Source: Candidatus Thalassarchaeaceae archaeon (lineage in GTDB: Archaea; Thermoplasmatota; Poseidoniia; Poseidoniales; Thalassarchaeaceae). From it: a stretch of 64,000 nucleotides of DNA. The position numbers and the translations under genes are program-made. Each line of letters starts with the position of its first letter. Within the stretch, counting starts at the first letter, position 1. The notes under the pieces were generated by a model that worked only from the letters and a program-made list of their open reading frames with translations, was not told the origin of the DNA and did not search any database. This document shows, in pieces, positions 26,353 through 35,193 of the stretch. Location of the stretch: positions 7,106 through 71,105 of the forward strand of contig JAJPRE010000005.1 in the NCBI GenBank assembly GCA_023700245.1. Direction: 5' to 3'.

Positions 26353-27333
26353 CTAGACCTCCAATAGGCCCTCGCACGCCCTCTTTGTTAATACTCTCAC
26401 CATTTTTCTTCTGTAAGAAGTAGAATACCAAGTATTTTGAACTGGTTTTACTGCTTTTCTTATTTGTTCTGATAGTAAAGATATGCTTGCTTTTCCATTC
26501 CAGTCGTGGATTAAATTTGAAGCCAATTCATCGTGATAGCCAGGAATAGATTCCAAACCCGTTGTAGCAACTCTTAATTCCTTAAGTTTATTATTTTCTT
26601 TCTTCCATAAGACTGCAACGCCTGCTTCAGGAAAATCCCATGATTCTCTTTGTCGCAATTTTTGATAATCACCAGACCAATTTGAAATATCTTTTGGGAT
26701 CGTTATATGAGTCAATAATTCGCCAGGAATTAATTTGTTCCTAGTCATGCCATCTAATTCAAAAAAATTATTCAATGGCATTTCTCTTTTTCCTTCTACT
26801 GAAATTAAGTGTACTTTTGCACCCATGCACATCAATACAGGGGCTAGGTCAGCTTGGTAAGTAGCAACGCATAACGTATTCTGATTTGGAATTACTCTGC
26901 AATCTGCACCCGTTCCGCAATCGCATTTGTGGCACCAATCAATAGTTTCTCTCCAATCTTCAGTTTGATTATACCAATAACATCGAGTATCGAGGCATAT
27001 ATTACCTCCAACTGTACCAGAACGGCGAATCAAAATACTTGCGATTGAATTGGCAGATTTTGCAAGAACTGGATGAGTGGTTTCGGACTCGGCTAAATCT
27101 TGAATTCTGACCATAGCCCCAATATGAGTTGGAGATAATTTAGTGAGAACATCAATTTTTGCCAAAGATATTACATTATCTTTTGGATTCAAATGCCATT
27201 TGTAATTTGGAAGAAGATCAGTTCCTCCTGCAATCCAATCAAAGTCTCCACCTTCGGATTGGATTGATTTGGCGATTTCAAATGCTTCTTCGAGACTATT
27301 TGGTGTGTGAAGTTTAAATGGGGGCATGCGCAT
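26353..27333 (-). CDS. Molybdoenzyme FAD-binding subunit (CoxM/XdhB family) with a Cys-rich insertion
   Basis: AGGTDLLP and GTVGGNI motifs. Insertion with seven Cys at aa 149-191 of the listed ORF. The ATG at 27333 lies 1 nt after the large-subunit stop. The longer ORF to 27441 overlaps the upstream gene. Confidence 0.85.
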   Translation of the reverse strand: MRMPPFKLHTPNSLEEAFEIAKSIQSEGGDFDWIAGGTDLLPNYKWHLNPKDNVISLAKIDVLTKLSPTHIGAMVRIQDLAESETTHPVLAKSANSIASILIRRSGTVGGNICLDTRCYWYNQTEDWRETIDWCHKCDCGTGADCRVIPNQNTLCVATYQADLAPVLMCMGAKVHLISVEGKREMPLNNFFELDGMTRNKLIPGELLTHITIPKDISNWSGDYQKLRQRESWDFPEAGVAVLWKKENNKLKELRVATTGLESIPGYHDELASNLIHDWNGKASISLLSEQIRKAVKPVQNTWYSTSYRRKMVRVLTKRACEGLLEV

Positions 27334-27334
27334 T

Positions 27335-30115
27335 TTAATCACTCCTGTGACGCCTTTCGGTATGTAACCATGCTCTTCCTGCCAATCTGGGATTTTGGAG
27401 ATATTCTTCTGAGGGTAACACTGAAACTTTCCAACTATCATCTATTTCATCAGGAGGTATCGTTGGATCAAGCCCAAACAATGCACCATTATGATAAGGT
27501 TCTATTTTTGATTCATTTCTCCTTTTTATATCTCTAATTTTGTGCTCACTAGCCCTTTTCTCTAATGTGAGCTGTAATTCTGATAATTCTAACCTTGGAG
27601 AGGGTAAATCTAAAGGATCTGTAATTTTTAATTTTCTACATTTCTTCTCTATATTTTTATAAAGCCTATCGGGCGTAATTGGTAACTCATCACTTCTGAT
27701 TCCTATTGCATCATAAACTGCGTTACAAACTGCAGGAAGAATGGGCAATAAAGGCCCTTCTCCAGCTTCTTTTGCTCCAAATGGCCCCTCCGGATCATTA
27801 GATTCTACGATTATCGGCACAACTTCAGGCATTTCATGTACACTTGGAATTTTATAATCTAAAAGATCAGTATTCATTAAATTTCCCGTTCTTCCATACC
27901 TCATTTCCTCAGATAATACTTGGCCCATGCCCATGTGGCAAGAACCTATGATTTGACCCTTTACGGCTAAAGGATTCAATGCCTTACCACAATCGTGGGC
28001 TGCCCAGACTTTTTTCACTTTAGTCTGCCCTGTCTCAATATCTACTTTGACTTCAGCAACATATGCTGAGAAAGAGTAAGCTGGCGCTAACCCTGCACCT
28101 GCACCTTTGTGTGCCCTTCCCATAGGAGGTGTTCGATATGCTCCCGATGCCACTAATGCACCTATCTCTTCTTGGGATTTATGTAATGCTTCTAGGTATG
28201 AAACTCCAACTGCTGGGTCGTCTTTTCTAAATATTCTTCTGTCCCCAATTACTAGTTTCTTCAATGGCGCTCCGGTAATCTTAGAAGTAGCATCTAATAA
28301 TTTATTTCTTATTTCCATTGCTGCAGAAATTGCCGCATTGGCATTCATGAACGTAACTCTTGATGAGTAAGAACCTAAATCAACAGGAGATGTATCTGTT
28401 TCTCTAGACTTTATCCTTATCATATCAAGTGGTAATCCTAAAACTTCAGCCACAGACTGGGCTACAACTGTATCAGATCCTTGACCTATATCGGCTGCGC
28501 CCGTGTGAACGGTTACTCCTCCATCCATATCTATTTTCAAATGGACAGTAGCGTGTGGAAATTTATTTGGATCCCAATGAATGGGTAAACCACTTCCGGA
28601 AATAAAGAATCCGCATCCTATTCCAATACCATGCCCTAAAGGTAATTTTCTAAACTTATCTTTCCAACCTGATTCTGTCATTACTCTTTCTAAACATTCC
28701 CTCATGCCAATACTGGTTACCCTAAACCCAGTGATAGTGGCTGAATTGGGCGGAAGAAGATTTGCTAATCTAAAAGAAATAGGATCGACATTTAATTTTT
28801 CTGAGATATCATCAATTCCCACTTCTACTGCGCATCTAGAATTTACGGCTCCATGGCCGCGCATTGCTCCACTTGCTGGCTTATTTGTCCATACTCTTGC
28901 ACCAGTATAATGGAATGCTCCGATCTCATAAGGTGCGGTATGTAATACTCCATTATAGTAAGTAGTAACATGCCCAAAAGATGCAAATGCACCACCATCT
29001 ATTAATGCATCAGTTTGTATTCCACACAATCTTCCTTCCTGATCTGCATGCAAATTCATTTCAATGTGCGAGGGATGTCTGCCCCTGTTAATCCAATAAA
29101 CCTCTTCACGATCAAAGGTAATTCTAACCGGGCGACCCGATTTACGGGCTAAAATAGATGCACACATTTCATGAGGAAACGGATCGGATTTACCTCCAAA
29201 TCCTCCCCCTACAAATGTCCTATGAACATTTATTTGATGCATAGGAATTTCCAAAACATCGGCTAGAGCCCTGTGAACATAATGAGGAACTTGCTGGGGA
29301 GTATACAATGTTAATCTGCCTGAAGGGTCCCAGTCAGCAACTACTGCATGAGGTTCCGTTGCTGCGTGGTTGACTCCATTAAAGAACCAATTTTTTTTAT
29401 GAGATGCTATAGAATTAGCTTCCATGGATTCTATATTACCAAATTCTTGAAAAACACGTTTTTGTATATTTGATTCACCTATGTGATAAATCCCTCTATC
29501 GTGAATAGGTTCATTGGAATCATTTAGTCCATCCTTCATATCATGTATTGAGTCTAAAATTTCATATTCAACATCTATTAGACGTATGGCTTCTAATGCT
29601 ATTGATTCATCTTCAGCAGCAACGCATGCAACTAAATCTCCAATGTGCCTTACTCTATCAACTGCCATTGCATGCTCATCTTTTGTTACAGGCAGGACTC
29701 CAAATTTATTACTAGCATCTTGGCCAGTTGCAATTGAGATAACTCCGGGTAATTCGATAGCTTTTGTTACATCTATTGATAATATACGGGCATAATGATG
29801 GGGGGAGCGGATAATTTTTCCTATTAGTTCATTTGATAATCTAATATCATCACCATATTTTGCTTTACCCGTAACTTTCCATTTACTATCGATAAGAGAA
29901 GTGGGCTTACCAACAACTCTACCAGTAATCAATTCATCATGCCTATGTCCTCCCCATGGTTGTTTCTTTTCACCACCTTGGCTTTCAGGAATTAATTGCT
30001 CATTCCTTGGTTCACTAAATGAATTCTTACCGCCAGAACCAGGCCTAGAAAATGATAATTTTCCTGATTGTTGCCTGTAGCCAACAATCTCCTTTTTTTT
30101 ATCCTTAGGCATCAT
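27335..30115 (-). CDS. Molybdopterin-binding large subunit, xanthine dehydrogenase / aldehyde oxidase family
   Basis: KVTGKAKYGDD, GGGFGGK and AKEAGEGP motifs. Carries a ~65-aa N-terminal and a ~130-aa C-terminal extension. No AYxCSFR motif of form I CO dehydrogenase was seen. Confidence 0.9.
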   Translation of the reverse strand: MMPKDKKKEIVGYRQQSGKLSFSRPGSGGKNSFSEPRNEQLIPESQGGEKKQPWGGHRHDELITGRVVGKPTSLIDSKWKVTGKAKYGDDIRLSNELIGKIIRSPHHYARILSIDVTKAIELPGVISIATGQDASNKFGVLPVTKDEHAMAVDRVRHIGDLVACVAAEDESIALEAIRLIDVEYEILDSIHDMKDGLNDSNEPIHDRGIYHIGESNIQKRVFQEFGNIESMEANSIASHKKNWFFNGVNHAATEPHAVVADWDPSGRLTLYTPQQVPHYVHRALADVLEIPMHQINVHRTFVGGGFGGKSDPFPHEMCASILARKSGRPVRITFDREEVYWINRGRHPSHIEMNLHADQEGRLCGIQTDALIDGGAFASFGHVTTYYNGVLHTAPYEIGAFHYTGARVWTNKPASGAMRGHGAVNSRCAVEVGIDDISEKLNVDPISFRLANLLPPNSATITGFRVTSIGMRECLERVMTESGWKDKFRKLPLGHGIGIGCGFFISGSGLPIHWDPNKFPHATVHLKIDMDGGVTVHTGAADIGQGSDTVVAQSVAEVLGLPLDMIRIKSRETDTSPVDLGSYSSRVTFMNANAAISAAMEIRNKLLDATSKITGAPLKKLVIGDRRIFRKDDPAVGVSYLEALHKSQEEIGALVASGAYRTPPMGRAHKGAGAGLAPAYSFSAYVAEVKVDIETGQTKVKKVWAAHDCGKALNPLAVKGQIIGSCHMGMGQVLSEEMRYGRTGNLMNTDLLDYKIPSVHEMPEVVPIIVESNDPEGPFGAKEAGEGPLLPILPAVCNAVYDAIGIRSDELPITPDRLYKNIEKKCRKLKITDPLDLPSPRLELSELQLTLEKRASEHKIRDIKRRNESKIEPYHNGALFGLDPTIPPDEIDDSWKVSVLPSEEYLQNPRLAGRAWLHTERRHRSD

Positions 30116-30121
30116 TATTCC

Positions 30122-30688
30122 TCACTTGACAAAACCGGGGTTTGGATTACTTAATGGCTCGGTGCCATTTAAATTTTCATTTCCGGAAGTAAGTATCTTA
30201 CTTGCAGAACGTACAGAATCAACAATTTGCTGATAGCCCGTGCATCTACATAAATTTCCCTCTATAGCATTTTTGATTTCATCATCATCAGGAGATGGAT
30301 TATTATTTAAAAGTGCAGAAATAACAACCAAAAAACCTGGAGTGCAGAATCCACATTGACTACCTCCGCATTCAGCAAAGGTTTCTTGAATAGGATGCAG
30401 ATGATGGCCTTCTGAAAGCCCTTCAACTGTTGTTATGTTAGTTTCTTGAACTTCTTGTGCTAATGTCAGACAAGATAGTTTTGGGACGCCATCGATTAAT
30501 ACTGCGCAACAGCCGCATGTCCCCATGTCGCAGCCCCTTTTTACTCCCAGTGTACCGACTTGATCACGTAGTACATCAAGAAGAATAGAATTACTATCAA
30601 TTGAGGATACAAACGATTTCCCATTTACAGTAGACTTCCAAGGAGTTTTATCCAAATTAGAAATCATTGGAAGGCGGTACTGAGACAT
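30122..30688 (-). CDS. [2Fe-2S] small subunit of the molybdoenzyme (CoxS/XdhC-small family)
   Basis: GCDMGTCGCCAV and CRCTGYQQI cluster motifs. Confidence 0.92.
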   Translation of the reverse strand: MSQYRLPMISNLDKTPWKSTVNGKSFVSSIDSNSILLDVLRDQVGTLGVKRGCDMGTCGCCAVLIDGVPKLSCLTLAQEVQETNITTVEGLSEGHHLHPIQETFAECGGSQCGFCTPGFLVVISALLNNNPSPDDDEIKNAIEGNLCRCTGYQQIVDSVRSASKILTSGNENLNGTEPLSNPNPGFVK

Positions 30689-30693
30689 GATTA

Positions 30694-31401
30694 CTAAATC
30701 CCATCCACTATAGTATTTTGAGCATTCGGTTTCAATTTGCTATTTTGGATGTCCAAATCTTCTATTGCCTTACGTATTATTGATAATTCAGCTCTTTGAA
30801 TATGCTCGCCAAGTGTGCTCCTAGCCATCCCTAATTCTTCAGATAATTCCTTCAGAGTAATTCTTGATTCTTTTTCATAATAACCTCTATAAGCAGCGTA
30901 AGTGAGTGTTTCTTTTTGCCTATTTGTCAAAGAGTCTGTCCAATCATTAATATGATTTCCTTTTAATGATTGGACACTTATCTTATCTGGTGGCATTACC
31001 GACCTTAGCAATGAAACAAAATTTCGAACTGATTCAGAAATTCCAGATATCCTCAAAATCATTCCACTATCTTTAGATATTCCATAAGGTGTTTGAACAT
31101 GAATATTGGACATTTTGATTCCAGACAATACTAATGGATGTGTACAAAGTAGGCTAACTAATATGCCATCTTCATCTTCCTCATATTGTTTAATTATTTT
31201 AAAATTGGGTAGTTTTTTGAAATCATCTAAGCCTTTATTTTTTTGAAATTTTATCTCTGCCAATTGAGTTATGCCATCCATAGAAATTGATAGGTGTCCA
31301 AGAACTTCAATTTTTTCAACTATTTTTAGAAAGTTTGCCAAATCATGTGATTTATGTAAAGAATCAAGATTCCATCGAATCGCGACCTTACGCATAATCA
31401 T
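30694..31401 (-). CDS. Archaeal HTH_10 (Bat-type) transcriptional regulator
   Basis: C-terminal LTNRQKETLTYAAYRGYYEKESRITLKELSEELGMARSTLGEHIQRAE motif. Confidence 0.8.
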   Translation of the reverse strand: MIMRKVAIRWNLDSLHKSHDLANFLKIVEKIEVLGHLSISMDGITQLAEIKFQKNKGLDDFKKLPNFKIIKQYEEDEDGILVSLLCTHPLVLSGIKMSNIHVQTPYGISKDSGMILRISGISESVRNFVSLLRSVMPPDKISVQSLKGNHINDWTDSLTNRQKETLTYAAYRGYYEKESRITLKELSEELGMARSTLGEHIQRAELSIIRKAIEDLDIQNSKLKPNAQNTIVDGI

Positions 31402-31436
31402 TTCAAGTCGGGACGATTTATTGAATCCTACTGATG

Positions 31437-32651
31437 CTAAGTCCAGTAAGATTCCCGAATTTCTTGATTAGTTTCCATACAAATGACTACATCTGAGGGC
31501 CTATTATTCATTGAATCGGTCCCATTAAGATGCCTTATTATTGGCAGAACATTGCTTTCATTGACTACGCCCCATCCAACTTGTGTACATGGTGCAACTG
31601 GAGAGATTGGCGTTGTACCTGAAAGAGGATCCCAAGTTGAGAAAGAAGGATACCATGCAGACATATTTAGTGCATCTCGGATATCATCATTTGTGATTTT
31701 AAAATTCGTCCCATTAATGATATATTTATCCCTAATCAAAGGATCTGCACCTGAAGATGAGTCATTAAATTCGTTTCGTAAATTCATTATAATTTTTGAT
31801 AACAAACCTGCAGTCCTCGGAGTGGCGAAAGAAGTTCCTGAAGTTTCATGGTATCCATCAATATCATCATGATTGGGTAAAATTTGAGTCCAATCTGCCG
31901 CCATATCTGGATATGAACCACTCATTGTTTCTTTCTGATCATCACCTTCTTCGGCATAGCCCGATATTCCAATACTCCACGGAGGCCCTGCAGTTGAATC
32001 TTGAACTGCCGGGGATGGAGAATTGTCTGCAGCACCAGTATGTATTTTTCCATTTTGAACAACAGCAACTTTAGTTGCGTCTTCGATACCAGGCACTGGG
32101 ACAGATCCAATAGGCCCGAAACTAGTAGTTATTATGTCTACAAGAGGTTGATTCGCCGCCGCTAAGACAGCCTCATCACTAAATCCTTCTACAAAGAATA
32201 TTACTGCATCCGGATTAGCATTCAGTACTGCACCTGTAACAGCCGTCCCATGCCCATCAGCAGGATCATCCAAAATTGGAATATCTGTATCATCATCAGG
32301 AGAAGTTCCGATAATTCTAGTCCCTTGGAACCACACAATATCTGTAGAAGTAATTAAGTCCCAACATGATTCTTTATCAGATTGATATCTTTCTTCCCAT
32401 GTTCCATTAGATGCGATATCACAAATCATTGTAACTCCTAATCCATTCAAAAGCCAATCTGGATAATCTTCCTCCATAATAAAATGATCATGATATACAT
32501 TTATGCCGGTGTCGACAGGAGCAACTACACTATAAGAGCCGAAAGTATTTGCAACATTTATTGGCTGATATTCTCCTTCTTTATCATCAAGACAACCTGA
32601 TAACGGAGCCAAAATAAAAATAATTGAGAGAGATATAGCGGTACTGCGCAT
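31437..32651 (-). CDS. Secreted S8 subtilisin-like serine protease (lipoprotein-like signal)
   Basis: PVDTGIN (Asp), DGHGTAVTG (His) and SGTSFATPRTAG (Ser) motifs. Signal peptide ends in LSGC. The ATG at 32651 avoids overlap with xdhC. Confidence 0.85.
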   Translation of the reverse strand: MRSTAISLSIIFILAPLSGCLDDKEGEYQPINVANTFGSYSVVAPVDTGINVYHDHFIMEEDYPDWLLNGLGVTMICDIASNGTWEERYQSDKESCWDLITSTDIVWFQGTRIIGTSPDDDTDIPILDDPADGHGTAVTGAVLNANPDAVIFFVEGFSDEAVLAAANQPLVDIITTSFGPIGSVPVPGIEDATKVAVVQNGKIHTGAADNSPSPAVQDSTAGPPWSIGISGYAEEGDDQKETMSGSYPDMAADWTQILPNHDDIDGYHETSGTSFATPRTAGLLSKIIMNLRNEFNDSSSGADPLIRDKYIINGTNFKITNDDIRDALNMSAWYPSFSTWDPLSGTTPISPVAPCTQVGWGVVNESNVLPIIRHLNGTDSMNNRPSDVVICMETNQEIRESYWT

Positions 32652-32676
32652 ATCTTTCCGTCTGATACCGCACTTT

Positions 32677-33519
32677 TCATTCTTCGGAATCATTGTGAAG
32701 TTTTTCAAAAGATATTATTTCAGCACAAACTGCTATTGCTATCTCTTCAGGAGAATGTGCCCCGATAGAAAGTCCGATTGGGCAACGAGTTGCATCAATA
32801 AGAGATTGGCGAATATTTGAATCCAATGCGGCTTTCTTGAATGCACTCCATTTAGATTTAGACCCTATAGCGCCCAATCTAGCCCTAGAATCAATATTTA
32901 ATAATGATAAAATACCGATTAACATATCTTGATCAAGGCTCCAATCATGGCCAAGTAATAGAATATCAGAAAATCTATTTAAAGAATTATTATCTTCATT
33001 TTTTAAGAATTCGTCTATTGAGTAATTATGAATTTCTTCTGCAAAGGGAAATCGGTCAGAGTTGGCATAATCTTCTCGGACATCAAAGACGCTATGTGCC
33101 CAACCCAATGTATCTGAAGCCAATGCAATAGCTAAACCTACATGGCCACCCCCCACAATCAAAATATGCGGCATTGAGTCTATTACTTCCATGGCCACCC
33201 TTACTTGCCCTCCGCAAAGGCTGTCCAATGGTATTACTTCTTTGCCTTTGCCATCTTTGTATAATAAAAAGGTATTAATCTCCCCTCCTTTTGACGACAT
33301 AGGTTTTGATTCGTTTAGGAGTTTAGTTAGGGCTATTTCTATTTTTAACTCCAGACCGGCCCCTCCAACTGTACCATATTTTTCTCCATTTTTGATTAAT
33401 GCTAATTTTGCACCAGGCTTACCAGGTACACTTCCTTTTGAATCAATTATGGTTGCAATTGCAACACTATATCCTTGATTTAATTTATCCATAGTCCACG
33501 CAAGAACTGCTCGCGTCAT
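32677..33519 (-). CDS. xdhC: XdhC/CoxI-family molybdoenzyme maturation factor
   Basis: N-terminal VAIATIIDSKGSVPGKPGAKLAL, a GGGHVG Rossmann-like C-domain and the cluster context. Confidence 0.8.
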   Translation of the reverse strand: MTRAVLAWTMDKLNQGYSVAIATIIDSKGSVPGKPGAKLALIKNGEKYGTVGGAGLELKIEIALTKLLNESKPMSSKGGEINTFLLYKDGKGKEVIPLDSLCGGQVRVAMEVIDSMPHILIVGGGHVGLAIALASDTLGWAHSVFDVREDYANSDRFPFAEEIHNYSIDEFLKNEDNNSLNRFSDILLLGHDWSLDQDMLIGILSLLNIDSRARLGAIGSKSKWSAFKKAALDSNIRQSLIDATRCPIGLSIGAHSPEEIAIAVCAEIISFEKLHNDSEE

Positions 33520-33531
33520 GGCCCTCTCAAG

Positions 33532-33553
33532 TTAATCAGGTATTTCTGATTAA
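33532..33553. promoter_or_regulatory. Perfect 8-bp inverted repeat TTAATCAG-N6-CTGATTAA just upstream of xdhC
   Basis: Arms at 33532-33539 and 33546-33553. The element lies 13-34 nt upstream of the xdhC ATG (33519). Confidence 0.3.
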
Positions 33554-33611
33554 TCTATGATTTTTATAAATAATAATAAAAATCTAAATTTAAAAAAATA
33601 AATAATTTAAA

Positions 33612-34196
33612 TTATTTAATATTTTTTAAGTACTTGAGTAATATTTTTACATCATTTTCTGTATCTACATTCAAATGTAAGTATTCGTCATCTACTACAA
33701 ATTTTTTGGGAATAACTATTTCTCGTAATGGAGTCTCTGATTTTGAATTTATCACCTTACTGATATCCTGCCTTGACAAAATTAAAGGATGCCCTCCTTT
33801 TCCATCTTTAGCAGGGCATGATGTATATTTTATATTGATTAATTTTGATAATGTTGTATCAGAAAATCCAGGCCTATCAATTGGTACAACAATTACTCTA
33901 GAGTCAGCAAGTAATTTTTCTTCAAGATAATTTAATCCTAATTTTAGCGTTCCTGTCCGACCTAATTCAGGAGTTTTATTTATTATTACTTTTACTGATT
34001 GAAAAGATTTATTGATTTCATCTGATAATTCTGTATTGGTAATTATTATTATTTCTAAATGAAATTTTCTTATTTTGTTAACTATATATTTAATTAAATA
34101 TTCCCCATTAATATCTATTAATGACTTTGGTCTTCCAAGCCTTTTACTACGGCCTGCAGCCAATATTATACAAAATGGAAGTTTAGTATTCGACAT
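33612..34196 (-). CDS. mocA: Molybdenum cofactor nucleotidyltransferase (MocA/MobA-like)
   Basis: ILAAGRSKRLGRPKSL N-terminal motif and the cluster context. Confidence 0.75.
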   Translation of the reverse strand: MSNTKLPFCIILAAGRSKRLGRPKSLIDINGEYLIKYIVNKIRKFHLEIIIITNTELSDEINKSFQSVKVIINKTPELGRTGTLKLGLNYLEEKLLADSRVIVVPIDRPGFSDTTLSKLINIKYTSCPAKDGKGGHPLILSRQDISKVINSKSETPLREIVIPKKFVVDDEYLHLNVDTENDVKILLKYLKNIK

Positions 34197-34216
34197 ATGG
34201 GCTCCAAATACTTTGT

Positions 34217-35149
34217 TTAAGAAACTACAAAAAATAAATATACAATATATCCAATAACCATCGTAAATCCTATTTCTTTACCAATTTCTTTGTTACTAAA
34301 CAACATTGCACATACCAGCCCTGAAGAAAATAATAGAATCCATATATCCCTTCCTGCAAAACTAGAATCGACAATTATTCCCCCTCCATAGATTGCAGCA
34401 ATACCCAATATCCCCAAAATGTTCATCACGTTTGATCCCAAAACATTTCCCAATGCAACACCTCCTTGCCCCCTTAGAGCAGAAATCACCGTAACGGCAA
34501 ACTCTGGTAATGAAGTTCCGAGAGCGATGATAGTTAAGCCAATTACAGATTCATTTAATGTATATTTTACCATGATTCCCTCTACTCCTTCCATTAATAA
34601 ATTAGCACCAAACATAACCATTAATCCTCCAGAAAGTAGTGCAATTGATGCAGAATAGGAATTATTGGCCAACCATGAATCAGGATTCTCCTCAGGGATA
34701 TCTAGATTTTTAGCATGATTATATGAATAAGCATAAAATGTAACCAATAATATAAGCATAAATAATCCAATAAATAATGGTATTTCCCCATATAGTGTCG
34801 CTATTACCAAAATTAAAGTAGCTACTAAAACGGCCATTGCATCTCTCCTTATTCCTCTTCCAGGAGATTCTGAAGCACCTAGAATTGCCGCAGTACCAAG
34901 AACCAACATCACATTGGAAATATTTGATCCAATTATTCCACCAACAGCAATATCTGGAGTTCCTTCTTCTAATGCTTTCAAAACTACAGCAAGTTCTGGC
35001 AGAGAAGTTCCAATAGCTACAATGGTAAAACCGACTAAAAGCGGAGGGATATTTAATTTAGTGGCTAAAGTAACTGCCCCCTGGACAAAAACTTCGGCAC
35101 CGGAAATTAACAATATGAAACCCGCAATAATGAGTAACTCATCTGTCAT
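34217..35149 (-). CDS. Ca2+/cation antiporter (CaCA family, YrbG-like)
   Basis: Two alpha-repeats GTSLPELAV and GTSLPEFAV, with about 10 TM helices. Confidence 0.9.
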   Translation of the reverse strand: MTDELLIIAGFILLISGAEVFVQGAVTLATKLNIPPLLVGFTIVAIGTSLPELAVVLKALEEGTPDIAVGGIIGSNISNVMLVLGTAAILGASESPGRGIRRDAMAVLVATLILVIATLYGEIPLFIGLFMLILLVTFYAYSYNHAKNLDIPEENPDSWLANNSYSASIALLSGGLMVMFGANLLMEGVEGIMVKYTLNESVIGLTIIALGTSLPEFAVTVISALRGQGGVALGNVLGSNVMNILGILGIAAIYGGGIIVDSSFAGRDIWILLFSSGLVCAMLFSNKEIGKEIGFTMVIGYIVYLFFVVS

Positions 35150-35161
35150 CTGTAAACTAAC

Positions 35162-35173
35162 GGGAGCGCTCCC
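35162..35173. promoter_or_regulatory. GC-rich 12-bp palindrome GGGAGCGCTCCC upstream of the CaCA gene
   Basis: Perfect palindrome in the 44-nt gap between two minus-strand genes. It is preceded by AAC, giving AACGGGAG, the same 8-mer that begins the left arm of the 1307-1400 inverted repeat. Confidence 0.3.
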
Positions 35174-35193
35174 TACTGAAGACTATTTGCTAA

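Noticed and set aside
27334-27441. Long N-terminal extension of the FAD-subunit ORF overlapping the large-subunit gene by 107 nt.
   Set aside because: The ATG at 27333 lies 1 nt after the upstream stop and yields a family-typical N-terminus (MRMPPFKLHTP), so the extension is probably untranslated.
27335-30115. Possible aerobic CO dehydrogenase (CoxL).
   Set aside because: I could not find the AYxCSFR active-site loop of form I CODH. The call is kept at the level of the xanthine dehydrogenase/aldehyde oxidase family.
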